Part shown: piece by piece, positions 1-9,043 of the stretch | How positions within the stretch are numbered: the stretch's first letter is position 1 | Layout of the letters: each line of letters opens with the position of its first letter | Origin: a virus | Taxonomy: Duplodnaviria > Caudoviricetes | IMG/VR virus record: IMGVR_UViG_3300031419_000378 | Coordinates: 1 to 64,000 of that record | Reading direction: 5' to 3' (one strand) | DNA length: 64,000 nt | Program-made: the position numbers and the translations under genes | Notes under the pieces: model-generated | Databases searched by the model: none | Seen by the model: only the letters and a program-made list of their open reading frames with translations | What the model was told of the DNA's origin: nothing

Positions 1-158
1 GGACACAGCAGGGTGGCGTACCGGAGCTGAAAAAGCAGCTCGACCTTAATGAATCGAACCCCAATATCGACGGCACGATTCTGTTCAGAGAGAACTATCT
101 GAATCAGCCGCAGACTCAGCAGGCGGTGAGCTATCTTAAAAGCCGCTGGGGAGGCTGA
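1..158 (+). CDS. yddW: 3' end of host glycoside hydrolase family 10-like lipoprotein YddW/DigH (partial)
   Basis: Frame from nt 3 reads TQQGGVPELKKQLDLNESNPNIDGTILFRENYLNQPQTQQAVSYLKSRWGG*, matching the recalled E. coli YddW C-terminus; stop at 156-158. Confidence 0.7.
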   Translation, partial: TQQGGVPELKKQLDLNESNPNIDGTILFRENYLNQPQTQQAVSYLKSRWGG

Positions 159-376
159 GAAACGCCGCGACAGCATGACCAGTGCGGTTAAGTTTTTCCC
201 TGTGACTTGCTGCTATTCTTGCACTATATAACAGGCTCTTTTCCATATGTTTTCTTTCGATTCCCAGCTATTCCGGGTATTCCCGCGACAGCTGGGAATC
301 GCTAAAAAAAACCAGTAACATTTGGGTATACTATTCCTCAATGTTCCTGTGGTTTCCCTTCACTTCCCCTTTTTTC

Positions 377-397
377 GTGTACATACTGGTGTACATA
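377..397 (+). repeat. Tandem GTGTACATA direct repeats, probable integrase arm-type binding sites (attL side)
   Basis: GTGTACATA at 377-385 and 389-397, just upstream of int. Confidence 0.5.
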
Positions 398-419
398 ATT
401 CCCAATCTCCTAAGAATCT

Positions 420-1658
420 ATGGCGCTCTCAGATGCTGCCCTGCGTTCAATGCTGGGCAAGGAATATGAAAAAGTTCAGGTAAAAACGGATCGTGACGGA
501 CTATCTGCCCGGATATCCTGCAAAGGTCGAATCACGTTTCAATACCGCTATCGCTGGAACGGGCAGGGGGAACGTGTTGATATCGGCACCTATCCCGCCA
601 CCAGTTTAAAAGAGGCTCGCGACGAGGCAGTAAGAATGCGTGGCGAGCTTGAGCAAAACCGCAATCCTCGTTTACTTAAGCGCATGGCACGCCATGAGGC
701 TTATTCTGCGCTGACCGTTGAAGACGTGATCAGGGCATGGCTCGAAAAATATGGCGTCGAAAACAAGAGTGATTATCAGCAGGTATTACGGTCATTTGAA
801 CTACACCTTTTTCCACAAATAGGCATGGTTCCCCATGATAATGCGCCGATAAATATGTGGTTAAATGTACTGGAACCACTGGCACGAAAAGTACCATTTA
901 TTACCGTCCGGTTGTTGAGCAACGCAAAGCAGGCTCATAACTGGGCTGTGCGCCGACAGCTGATCAAAACCACTCCATTAAGCGACCTTCGAATTGCTGA
1001 TTTAGGAGTCACACTGACGCAGTGCGACCGCGTTTTATCCAGTGATGAAATCGTGACCATTTTCCGCGCGATGGAGGCTAGCAGGCTTGCGCCTAAATTT
1101 AAATTGCTGGTTCAGTTGTGCTTGCTGTTTGGTTGTCGTGGCGGTGAACTATCGTACGCAGAAAAAGCACACTTCGATTTTGAAAAAAAACTCTGGTCAA
1201 TTCCGCCAACGCATCATAAAACCGGTAAACGCACGCGTAAGCCGCTGGTGAGACCAATCATTCCGGCGGCAGAGGAAATGCTAAAGGAATTATTCGATCA
1301 CTCTGCGCACAGCCATTATGCGATTGCAAAAAATCGGCGTGACGTTCCCCAGGGCCGCTCCACTCTCGCTGATATTCCACAATTAATTATTAACGCCGCA
1401 CGGCGGCACCTGGGCATCGAAATGGAACACTGGACGTTACATGATCTGCGTCGCACAGCGCGTACGAATTTTTCAGATCTGACTGAGCCGCATATAGCGG
1501 AAATCATGTTAGGGCATAAGCTGCCTGGCGTCTGGCAAGTGTATGACCGTCATAGCTATATCGAGGAACAGCGGCGCGCCTACTCGCTGTGGTGGGCGCG
1601 CGTCACGGCTTGGGCTTATGGCGAGGGTAAAGTGTCGGTGCTGGCGCTTTCCTCGTGA
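420..1658 (+). CDS. int: Phage tyrosine integrase with N-terminal arm-binding domain
   Basis: Arm-binding N-terminus (DRDGLSARISCKGRITFQYRYR..IGTYPATSLKEAR); catalytic motifs GCRGGE, HDLRRT, LGH..VYD. Confidence 0.95.
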   Translation: MALSDAALRSMLGKEYEKVQVKTDRDGLSARISCKGRITFQYRYRWNGQGERVDIGTYPATSLKEARDEAVRMRGELEQNRNPRLLKRMARHEAYSALTVEDVIRAWLEKYGVENKSDYQQVLRSFELHLFPQIGMVPHDNAPINMWLNVLEPLARKVPFITVRLLSNAKQAHNWAVRRQLIKTTPLSDLRIADLGVTLTQCDRVLSSDEIVTIFRAMEASRLAPKFKLLVQLCLLFGCRGGELSYAEKAHFDFEKKLWSIPPTHHKTGKRTRKPLVRPIIPAAEEMLKELFDHSAHSHYAIAKNRRDVPQGRSTLADIPQLIINAARRHLGIEMEHWTLHDLRRTARTNFSDLTEPHIAEIMLGHKLPGVWQVYDRHSYIEEQRRAYSLWWARVTAWAYGEGKVSVLALSS

Positions 1659-1894
1659 TAACGCATGATGTCGCAAGTGCGAAACGTTAAACGGCTACGG
1701 CGAACCGGTACCGGAAACGCGGGATTATGAGGCCGCTTAGTACGGCCGTTTACTGATACCCATTTGCGGATAGTCTGAGGTGCAACACGCAGCAACAGGG
1801 CCGCTTCGTCCAGACTGAGATAGGGCATCTGTAATAATGTTGCTACGTCAATTTTTTGGCTTTGCATTGTCATTGCCGTTTTAATCTCTCTCAT
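1616..1894 (-). CDS. Excisionase/AlpA-like HTH protein
   Basis: YLSLDEAALLLRVAPQTIRKW...FPVPVRRSRLTFRTCDI; convergent with int. Confidence 0.75.
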   Translation of the reverse strand: MREIKTAMTMQSQKIDVATLLQMPYLSLDEAALLLRVAPQTIRKWVSVNGRTKRPHNPAFPVPVRRSRLTFRTCDIMRYHEESASTDTLPSP

Positions 1895-1957
1895 TTTTCC
1901 GCACTAACCTATTCCTAGCCTTAACCTATGCCATTGCATCCTGGCTGGTGGCCACCG

Positions 1958-2176
1958 TTAAAACCAGTCCATAATTTCTTGTTGTACGCGAAGTTCTGCA
2001 TCGCTATATCCCTTCAACGGATCATTATTATCGATCGCGTCCAGCGCAGTATATTTAGCCTGTTCGCGACAAAATGTTTTCCATGCTTTTTTGCTGGGAA
2101 AATGTGTGTGCCATTCATAGTTTTTCGAAACGTTACGCCAAGCTTTATTAGCCAGCTGCATTTGCGATTTAGCCAT
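1958..2176 (-). CDS. Phage hypothetical protein
   Basis: 72-aa ORF abutting neighbours in the left operon. Confidence 0.6.
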   Translation of the reverse strand: MAKSQMQLANKAWRNVSKNYEWHTHFPSKKAWKTFCREQAKYTALDAIDNNDPLKGYSDAELRVQQEIMDWF

Positions 2177-2391
2177 TACTCACCATCCTTGTCGATTTCA
2201 TTAACTGAGATAGGCGTGATGCTATCCAACAACAGGCGGGCGCGTGTGCCTCCTGCGCCCCCACGGCGTCCAGTCTCTTTGTAGTAGTACTCTTTGCCGC
2301 TAACTACCCAAGTTGTAGCGCTCTGGTGTAATCTGACCTGTTTTTGCCCGGTGTTCGTGATCACCGTCCCGGTGTGAGTTTTAACGGCCAT
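2176..2391 (-). CDS. Phage hypothetical protein (probable start MAVKTHTG)
   Basis: ATG at 2391 overlaps the upstream stop; ORF track gives a longer 2176..2481 frame. Confidence 0.55.
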   Translation of the reverse strand: MAVKTHTGTVITNTGQKQVRLHQSATTWVVSGKEYYYKETGRRGGAGGTRARLLLDSITPISVNEIDKDGE

Positions 2392-2644
2392 TTTCACCAT
2401 CCTTACAGTCAAGGGCGCGGCGTAGCACTTCCTGGTATTTTGGGGCGCCGCGCTTATAGCGCCATGCTCTCTCATCAGCACAAATCAGCGACCAGAGGTC
2501 GGGCGCTATAGCAAATTCGATGGCTTCACGCATCCGAACGTTCTGCTGGAGAACGTTGTCATATTCGGACGCGAGAACGTATTTACCCTGAGTTGCTGGC
2601 ATGATTGCGGCAGAGGCAACCGCGTTAAATCGCTTTACTGTCAT
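2381..2644 (-). CDS. Phage hypothetical protein
   Basis: 87-aa ORF translationally coupled to neighbours. Confidence 0.55.
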   Translation of the reverse strand: MTVKRFNAVASAAIMPATQGKYVLASEYDNVLQQNVRMREAIEFAIAPDLWSLICADERAWRYKRGAPKYQEVLRRALDCKDGENGR

Positions 2645-3471
2645 ACATTCTCTTCCTTGATTTCAGATGACACACAATTGATTTTCCTGTGCTCATTTAT
2701 GATTTCAGAAAGCTCTCTCCAAGTGTCTGGTGTGAATTCCCATTCATCCTCACCAGTAAGTGCGTCAGCTAAAATTGCTACTGCACGCCTCGCTTTCCTT
2801 ACATTTAACTCTGGCGAGATAACACTGCGTGTTACTTTTTTCTTTCCAGCAGCAGTGGCCGCTTTCTTATCTTGCTCAAGAATTTCCGCAGCTTTTTCCC
2901 CATGTTCTTTAAAGCGGTCAACTGCAACCTCAACTGAAACTTCGCCGTCCTTAACAAGCTGTTGCACGTTATGGTTTGCAGAACTTAAGGCCAGCAATTT
3001 CTCTACAGTGGGTATTGATTTGTGAACCAATTTAGCGATTTCGGAGGTGTTCAGATTGAAAGCAGCAAGTTCTTTAACGACTGCGGATTGTTCAATTGGG
3101 CTTAGAGAAAGCTGATTGTTTGAAGTCATGATGCGCGCCAGGCGATCAATGTCACTTCCTACAAATGGAACGATAGCAATACGCTCTACCGGTTTACCCG
3201 CAGCGCGGCAGCGTTCATAGCAGCGACGGCGACGGTGGCCTTCTACCACCCATACGCCTCCATCGTCACGCGCCACGGCTTCAATCGCCGGAACGGTTCC
3301 TCCAGCCATGAGAAATGCAAAGAGGTCATCATCAGCAAGGCGAGTGCGCTCGTCGTCCTCGCGTTTATTAAAACCTTCCTTGACGTGGATGTTATCCAGA
3401 CTGATAAACATGCCGCTATCGCTGCGAGAAATTATTTTCTCTTTGATCATTTTTTTGAATGAATTAGCCAT
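2641..3471 (-). CDS. ParB/Srx-like DNA-binding protein
   Basis: VPAIEAV...VVEGHRRRR ParB core followed by HTH (TSEIAKLVHKS). Confidence 0.75.
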   Translation of the reverse strand: MANSFKKMIKEKIISRSDSGMFISLDNIHVKEGFNKREDDERTRLADDDLFAFLMAGGTVPAIEAVARDDGGVWVVEGHRRRRCYERCRAAGKPVERIAIVPFVGSDIDRLARIMTSNNQLSLSPIEQSAVVKELAAFNLNTSEIAKLVHKSIPTVEKLLALSSANHNVQQLVKDGEVSVEVAVDRFKEHGEKAAEILEQDKKAATAAGKKKVTRSVISPELNVRKARRAVAILADALTGEDEWEFTPDTWRELSEIINEHRKINCVSSEIKEENV

Positions 3472-3516
3472 GATTTTTCCTTATGTGAATTTGGCGTTAA
3501 CGCTTTGCAGGAGTAA

Positions 3517-3738
3517 CTAAATTAAAATGGTTTTCTTCCTGCGTTTCTTTATGCGCCTTGCTCTTTCCTTTTTGTTTTTAGCTACAACCCTGATTGGAAC
3601 AGGTCGTTGTGTCTCTTCACCGCAGCGCCTGCGCATACCAGCGCGCATTTCCCATATGATTGTTGATGTGTAATCACATCCATCATCAGGCCGGTATAAA
3701 GTTTCGCAGACGAGTTCATGAAATAAATCGTTGTTCAT
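3517..3738 (-). CDS. Phage hypothetical protein
   Basis: 73-aa ORF with basic C-terminus in operon orientation. Confidence 0.5.
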   Translation of the reverse strand: MNNDLFHELVCETLYRPDDGCDYTSTIIWEMRAGMRRRCGEETQRPVPIRVVAKNKKERARRIKKRRKKTILI

Positions 3739-3771
3739 TACTGCCTCGGCTCCCGGAAATATATAGGGTGG

Positions 3772-4335
3772 TTAACGAACCTGTAATGTTTGTGGCCCAA
3801 TTTCCAGATGAGCACCGGGGATTTTTTTCAGTAGTTCCTGTGGAGGTTCTTTGCCTTCGGCTTTGTAAGCTTCGATCTGAGTATTGAGATCACGCAGCGC
3901 CTTTTTGAGTTCATCAGTTTTTGTTTTAGTCACAACTTCAGTAAATGACTCGACAAATTCATCAGGGATTAGATCAATGTTGTCCACCACCAGACTGTCT
4001 GAGCCTTTACGAGCTGTGAAGGTGTTCAGCGCGGTTTTAAACGTTGTACGGTTAGAGGTGATAAGGCATTCCAGCAGATATTTTTTTAGCGCGAATGTCT
4101 GGCGGTCCCAATGCTTTTTACGCTCGGCAAGCCGCGCCGCTTCCTTTTTGCAGGTTTCAGCTTTGGAATCAAAACTGCGGATCACGTTCATGGTTGCATC
4201 GAACTTGTCTTCCAGCATCCCTTCGATGCCTTCCAAGGTGTCGGCGATCATTTCAGGGGTTAGATCGCCATCTTCTGAGGCCAGAGCTTCCAGTTTGCTA
4301 AGTTCTAATGCGAGGTCGATAGTACGGTTGTTCAT
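3772..4335 (-). CDS. Siphovirus Gp157-family protein
   Basis: DTLEGIEGMLEDKF...KKEAARLAERKK...LKKYL...KTALNTFTARKG pattern; sits beside the recombinase. Confidence 0.8.
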   Translation of the reverse strand: MNNRTIDLALELSKLEALASEDGDLTPEMIADTLEGIEGMLEDKFDATMNVIRSFDSKAETCKKEAARLAERKKHWDRQTFALKKYLLECLITSNRTTFKTALNTFTARKGSDSLVVDNIDLIPDEFVESFTEVVTKTKTDELKKALRDLNTQIEAYKAEGKEPPQELLKKIPGAHLEIGPQTLQVR

Positions 4336-6692
4336 GCTGCGTTCTCCTGCAATTTAGTGAGGCACTCGGCTTTAACTTCTTCGAGGCGGCGTAAACGGCC
4401 TTCCAGATATTTGGCATATTCGGTGTCGGCTTTCTCGCGTGCTGCTTTGAGGTGAATGCCCATAACGCGGGTGAGAGAGGAGGCAATGCCTGATACCTCA
4501 TTAGGCGTTACGGCTGTGCGCATGCTTTCCGTATTTGCTTTGAATTTTTCGTCCAGCTCTTTACGGATGCGAGTGACGTCTTCTGCTTTATCGCTGGCAT
4601 TGCGGATATCGAATTCCAGGGCATTTTCAGCTTTATATTCAGCTTGGTCATATAGGCCCAGCCAGACATCGGCGGAGAAGCCCAGGAGTGAAAGGGCTTT
4701 TTTAATAGCGTCAGTCAGGGATTTTTTCTGCGCCTCTCCATCGCAGGTGATCCCATGTTTAGTTTTGTAGAGGTATTTTGTGGCTCCATACGCTTCAACT
4801 TCCCCGCGTACTTCACCCTCTATTGCGTACCAGAATTTAATTTTTATACTGTGGTTTTGTTCGGTGATGAGCGTGCCGTCACCATCCCTAAGAATTCTGT
4901 TTCCGATAAATTTTTTATCTTCGTAAATTGCTTCGCTCATTGGAGCACCTGGCAACATGCGGTCTTCGACAACCTCATATCCCCAGCCAGTGCCAACAGG
5001 ACCGAAAATCTCAGTAGCGCGCATGATCATGTATTCAGCATTAATGCTGGTACCCTCGAACCCAACACCCGCCAGATCCTTGGTATAACGCGGGTCCGTG
5101 CGCATCACAGTGCGCCAGATTTTCATGTTGTCGCCGATATCAGCTAGGTCTTTTTCTAATGCTGCCCCGATTGACTGAAATGTTTCCGCAGAAGGCGCTG
5201 GGGCGACGTTTTCCGGTTTCTCCACCTCATTTGAGGGTGCAGGGTCAGACACCTGAGGTGCAGGATTCTGCGTCAAAATCAGCCCCTCGATGCTGAACCG
5301 GCCATTACCGAGATCGTTTACTACCGGCTTGTTCTGCTCAGGCTGTGGGGTAGGCTCAGCGGGTGGGGTAGCTGGTGCCGAAGACTTGTTTTTAAGCTGT
5401 AAATATTCGTCTTTGGTTATTTCGGTGTAACCCTGCGCCAGAAGCGGCTCCAGTGCTTTTTGTTTATTGCAGCGCTTAACCTCGCCAGCCTCATTGCGAG
5501 CATAAAACGGGCCGGTGCGCTCGGTTACAGGTGGTACATCCGCCACGCCCGACGCTGCGCCATCCGGTTCATCTGAGTGCGGTTCCACTGTTCCAGTTGT
5601 GCCCGCTGCATCAGCCAGTGTCTGTTTTTCGCTTTCATCGTCCGGTTTGGTTTCATCGTTATCAGTCCCTGGTTTAACGACCTGCTGGCCACACGCAATT
5701 GCTACGATTTCAGGCAGAGGATTTGCGTGATCTGTTTCAGTAAGGGTTTTGTTGATGTGCTGCTGCAATGCGCCAGCAGTGAGGTGAATGTTTTCTGGCG
5801 CAGTTCTGACGCAGTGCATAATCGCAGCGCGGGAATAATCCAGAATACCAGGTGTGGCAATCATGGCTCGATTCCATGCAGCCCAATCCTGCTCCTTCAA
5901 CGTCACCATTTCTTTTGCGCGGCGGTAAACCGCTGCCGGAATCTGGTAAATATCAAATTCGAACGGAAGTAGCGCTGCGGCAATTTCCAGGCCCAGACTG
6001 TCATGGTTATGCGTCAGGTCAGCGGAACGGTCGGTGACAATATTACCGCCAGCTTTTGCACCTGAGGCCGTGCGCAGGGGAGTTACATTGCTTGAGTCCT
6101 TACGCGCTGCCAGACGATCTTTTTGCCAGCGCTCAATGAATGCTTTCATCTGAGGCCAGTTATCACCAGGCTCGAAGTTGTTGCCGAGGTCGCTAATCAG
6201 TTCGAGCACAATTTCAGGGTGCATTGCCGCGATAGATTTAGTGCGACTTAACGCCTCCACCATGTGGACCTCAAATGAGTTAGCCTCATCCTGTGCGAGT
6301 GATATCGCGTCTTTGAGTTGGCTGGAGGTGATTTCAGTGGTACCGAACCGGACCAGTACTGCCATTTTCGTGCCAGAGGGCAGGGCGTCAAAGTTAACGC
6401 TTTTTTCTTCAGGCTCTGCTAATGGTTGGATCTCCTGCGTTTCTTCATTCCAGATATGAGTTTTCATAAACTCAGCATCAAGAACGTTCATTTTCGGGCG
6501 GTCCAGACCTGGGCGATCAGCGCAGCTCAGAGGCTCAGCGTACTCAAAAGCCGTTTCAGGAAATTCACTTTCCAGCATGCTCATGGCCTGCGCTTTTGCC
6601 AGGAACTCAGTGCGCGCCTGAATTGCGGTCACAAATTCCGGTAGTTCGGAATCTGGTGCCTCTGGGTGAATATAAATAATAAAAGTCTGCAT
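4332..6692 (-). CDS. RecE (Exo VIII)-type N-terminal region fused to a Rad52/Sak-like ssDNA-annealing domain
   Basis: N-half resembles the RecE N-terminus (RTASGAKAGG..TDR..LTHNHDSLGLEIAAALL..FDIYQIPAAVYRRAKE); C-terminus has GTSINAEYMIMRATEIFGPVGTGWGYEV..KKSLTDAIKKALSLLGFSADVW. Confidence 0.7.
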   Translation of the reverse strand: MQTFIIYIHPEAPDSELPEFVTAIQARTEFLAKAQAMSMLESEFPETAFEYAEPLSCADRPGLDRPKMNVLDAEFMKTHIWNEETQEIQPLAEPEEKSVNFDALPSGTKMAVLVRFGTTEITSSQLKDAISLAQDEANSFEVHMVEALSRTKSIAAMHPEIVLELISDLGNNFEPGDNWPQMKAFIERWQKDRLAARKDSSNVTPLRTASGAKAGGNIVTDRSADLTHNHDSLGLEIAAALLPFEFDIYQIPAAVYRRAKEMVTLKEQDWAAWNRAMIATPGILDYSRAAIMHCVRTAPENIHLTAGALQQHINKTLTETDHANPLPEIVAIACGQQVVKPGTDNDETKPDDESEKQTLADAAGTTGTVEPHSDEPDGAASGVADVPPVTERTGPFYARNEAGEVKRCNKQKALEPLLAQGYTEITKDEYLQLKNKSSAPATPPAEPTPQPEQNKPVVNDLGNGRFSIEGLILTQNPAPQVSDPAPSNEVEKPENVAPAPSAETFQSIGAALEKDLADIGDNMKIWRTVMRTDPRYTKDLAGVGFEGTSINAEYMIMRATEIFGPVGTGWGYEVVEDRMLPGAPMSEAIYEDKKFIGNRILRDGDGTLITEQNHSIKIKFWYAIEGEVRGEVEAYGATKYLYKTKHGITCDGEAQKKSLTDAIKKALSLLGFSADVWLGLYDQAEYKAENALEFDIRNASDKAEDVTRIRKELDEKFKANTESMRTAVTPNEVSGIASSLTRVMGIHLKAAREKADTEYAKYLEGRLRRLEEVKAECLTKLQENAA

Positions 6693-6743
6693 TTTTTCCG
6701 TCCTTTAATTATTGGCTTTGTAAAACGCATACAGATACGTTTT

Positions 6744-6767
6744 AAAAAGCCCCGCGGCGACGCGGGG
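6744..6767 (-). terminator. Intrinsic terminator
   Basis: CCCCGCG-gcga-CGCGGGG hairpin with a U-run on the minus strand. Confidence 0.65.
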
Positions 6768-6799
6768 AAAGACTACACACAGCAATTCTTCACTTTCAG

Positions 6800-6878
6800 A
6801 TGTGGTGACCGGATTCGAACCGGTGACCTCCCGTACCCTGTGCCAAAGCCAGGCGCTCTTCCGCTGAGCTACACCACA
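6800..6878 (-). tRNA. tRNA-like gene/pseudo-tRNA (anticodon loop CTTTGGC, TTG or TGG register; no encoded CCA)
   Basis: Minus strand folds TGTGGTG/CACCACA acceptor, GCTC/GAGC D-stem, CCTG(G.A)CAGG anticodon stem, 12-nt variable region, ACCGG-TTCGAAT-CCGGT T-arm. Confidence 0.7.
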
Positions 6879-6941
6879 ACCGCCTGGACACTGAATAATG
6901 CGCACTCGGTTGCAGTGCCCCGCGAACGGGGCAGCTGTGAA

Positions 6942-7256
6942 TCAGTGAAGCTGGCGACCAAAAGAGATAACGTGAACTTCAATCTCGACGGTTGGGCGGC
7001 GACGGTCGCAGGGCTGGAAATCACCAGAGTTTTCATGCAGTCGGATAAGGGATTTCACAGCGCATTTAAAACAGCGGGTTTCGGCATGAAGTCCTTTAGC
7101 CGTGAAAGGAGTAAAAATAGTGACGGTTTCATTACCCTGATTTGATTCTTCGGCAATGAGGTAGCCCACAGCCTCGTCATTGCGCGTAAAAAGGAAGATG
7201 GTTTTTAAAGGGATTTTGATTAATGTCTCAAGCGTGATTCCATTGAACTCTTTCAT
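6942..7256 (-). CDS. Phage hypothetical protein
   Basis: 104-aa ORF with upstream AAGGA RBS. Confidence 0.55.
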   Translation of the reverse strand: MKEFNGITLETLIKIPLKTIFLFTRNDEAVGYLIAEESNQGNETVTIFTPFTAKGLHAETRCFKCAVKSLIRLHENSGDFQPCDRRRPTVEIEVHVISFGRQLH

Positions 7257-7330
7257 GATATTTCCTTAAAAAAGATTGAGTGATTCCCTACCGCAGGGCG
7301 GCATGTTTTTTTGCGTTTAATAAAAATTAA

Positions 7331-7465
7331 TTAATGATGTTTTGCCTGTCCGCCAATTGCATAGAAATACAATCGCAATGCCTCTTTCCACATAACAGGA
7401 TCATCAAGAAACTTTGCTATAGCAGCTTTGCTGCGTGCGGCAATTAATGCCTGATGTTTTGTCAT
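7331..7465 (-). CDS. kil: Lambda Kil-like host cell-division (FtsZ) inhibitor, 44 aa, missing from ORF track
   Basis: Manual translation MTKHQALIAARSKAAIAKFLDDPVMWKEALRLYFYAIGGQAKHH aligns with recalled lambda Kil (Q.L.A...K..IA.F..D..M..EA...Y). Confidence 0.75.
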   Translation of the reverse strand: MTKHQALIAARSKAAIAKFLDDPVMWKEALRLYFYAIGGQAKHH

Positions 7466-7572
7466 GCTTCACCCTCGTTGCTACCGGCAGCGTGGATAAG
7501 GCCAACAGCAAGCAAAGTAAGACCCGAACCCATAAAGCAGCCGATTAGACCAAACAGTCCGTATAACCACAT
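7462..7572 (-). CDS. Small membrane peptide, 36 aa, missing from ORF track
   Basis: MWLYGLFGLIGCFMGSGLTLLAVGLIHAAGSNEGEA; GGGAGG RBS; TGA overlaps the kil ATG (ATGA). Confidence 0.65.
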   Translation of the reverse strand: MWLYGLFGLIGCFMGSGLTLLAVGLIHAAGSNEGEA

Positions 7573-7659
7573 ATATGCCTCCCTGAATCAGCTTTCTGTT
7601 TGTGCCGGTTACGGGTCCGGCGACGCCAATGGCGCCCGTATTGCCCTGGTGTAGGCGAA

Positions 7660-7998
7660 TCAAACTGGCGCTTTATTGACACCTGGCGTTACACCTTTGC
7701 CAATGATGGCGGCAACGCGCTTAGTCAGTGCGTCCTGCTCTTTGCGAAAATGAGTAGCCTGTTTATCCATTTCCAGCGCTTCGGCGTGGTCATGAGCGAT
7801 CAGATCAGCAATGCGGACTGCGCAATATTCAAGAAAATCCGTTTTGGTACTGGCACCCCAGGTATAAACACAACCTGTTCCGGCAGCGCGCTCAGCTGCT
7901 GAAACGGCGCTGCGGGCTTTACTGAGGGTGCAGCGTTTGGCAATTGAGATAATTGCGGCCTGGTATGCCTCAATCAATGCAATACGTGTTGTGCTCAT
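7660..7998 (-). CDS. Phage hypothetical protein (first gene of left operon)
   Basis: 112-aa ORF with GGGAGA RBS. Confidence 0.6.
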   Translation of the reverse strand: MSTTRIALIEAYQAAIISIAKRCTLSKARSAVSAAERAAGTGCVYTWGASTKTDFLEYCAVRIADLIAHDHAEALEMDKQATHFRKEQDALTKRVAAIIGKGVTPGVNKAPV

Positions 7999-8089
7999 TG
8001 TCTCTCCCTTAATGTTGCCCTCACGCCGGGCCAGCGGAACGTTTTTTCTGAGAAATCACTGTGCTGTGATGTCTGCTGGTGAGCATTAA

Positions 8090-8140
8090 ATTAGTATAAC
8101 CTAAGGAGTGGATCAACAATAAATTGTAGTAAAACCTAAG
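8090..8140. promoter_or_regulatory. OL-like repressor operators (2 copies)
   Basis: ATTAGTATAACCTAAG (8090-8105) and TGTAGTAAAACCTAAG (8125-8140) match the OR palindrome. Confidence 0.65.
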
Positions 8141-8293
8141 TTTTTAAGGTGCAATTAAGCCAAGTTATTGTTTTTTAAATATTAAAAAAAGATATTTACA
8201 GGCGAGCCCTAACACCAGAAAGGAGCGTTCGCCTTTTAAGGTGTTAGTGAGAGGTTTAAGTTTTGTAGAGAAGGGAGTGAAATTGTATGAAAA

Positions 8294-8710
8294 TTAGTCA
8301 GGCTTTTTTGTTCTCTGTCTTTTTCGTGCCTGCAAAAGCTCATGAAAAAGCTTTTCGTTATTCTCCACCCGTGCGCGTAATTCAATTATTTGAGCCTCTT
8401 GCTCAGATGAAGGAAGAGCATCAAAAAGCTCAAGCAGTTCTTTTTGGATGGGAGTTAGCTCTTGTTGAGGTGGTGTGACAACGGGCGTTTGTGGGACATG
8501 CTCTTCATCACCGAATAGCAGCCATGCCGGAGTGCACTGGAGGGCGCTGCTTAGCGCAAACATGCGCTTTCCGGTAGGTTGCGTCTCATTGCGCTCCCAT
8601 TGAGAGATTGTAACGTGAGCCACCTTAGCCATCTTGCCTAAAGCAGCTTGCGAGAGTTTCAGTTCTTTGCGTCGCTTTAACAGGCGGTCGCCGAAAGTTT
8701 CTTTTTCCAT
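8294..8710 (-). CDS. dicA: DicA-like prophage repressor (Cro/CI HTH, no LexA-type peptidase domain)
   Basis: HVTISQWERNETQPTGKRMFALSSALQCTPAWLLFGDE..LLELFDALPSSEQ..RARVEN.EKLF.ELL.AR closely follows recalled Qin DicA. Confidence 0.8.
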   Translation of the reverse strand: MEKETFGDRLLKRRKELKLSQAALGKMAKVAHVTISQWERNETQPTGKRMFALSSALQCTPAWLLFGDEEHVPQTPVVTPPQQELTPIQKELLELFDALPSSEQEAQIIELRARVENNEKLFHELLQARKRQRTKKPD

Positions 8711-8778
8711 ATTAGGTAATACTAATTTTTTCTTGACTTAGGAATCTTTAATATCAAATAATCTTAGGTAAACCTAAG
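8711..8778. promoter_or_regulatory. OR-like region with three 16-bp operators at 26-bp pitch and divergent promoters
   Basis: ATTAGGTAATACTAAT (8711), CTTAGGAATCTTTAAT (8737), CTTAGGTAAACCTAAG (8763); TTGACT at 8733. Confidence 0.7.
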
Positions 8779-8788
8779 GAGGGACAGG

Positions 8789-9043
8789 GTGCTTAAAACA
8801 GAAGCTCTAAAATTTTTTGGTGGTACTACTCGCCTTGCTGAAGCTGCGGGCGTAAGGCCATCATCAGTATCGCTATGGGGTGAATTAGTTCCCGAAAAGC
8901 GAGCGATGCGTCTTCAGTTGGCATCAAACGGAGTGTTGTTATACGACCCCCAAGTGTATGTGCTGAGGGAACAGGCTAAACGAAACGGAAACGGAAATCT
9001 GATTCATGAAAATCAATCACAGGGAAGTGAAGCAGGAACTTGA
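8789..9043 (+). CDS. dicC: DicC/Cro-like regulator
   Basis: MLKTEALKFFG..RLAEAAGVR....W.ELVPEKRAMRLQLAS.G.L.YDPQVY matches recalled DicC. Confidence 0.8.
   Translation: MLKTEALKFFGGTTRLAEAAGVRPSSVSLWGELVPEKRAMRLQLASNGVLLYDPQVYVLREQAKRNGNGNLIHENQSQGSEAGT

Noticed and set aside
6705-6905. 66-aa minus-strand ORF in the track
   Set aside because: It is a translation of the tRNA-like sequence and terminator (GVAQRKSAW..VTGSNPVT is typical of translated tRNA)
7481-7663. 60-aa TTG-start ORF
   Set aside because: It overlaps a better ORF (7462-7572) that has an ATG, a strong RBS and coupling to kil
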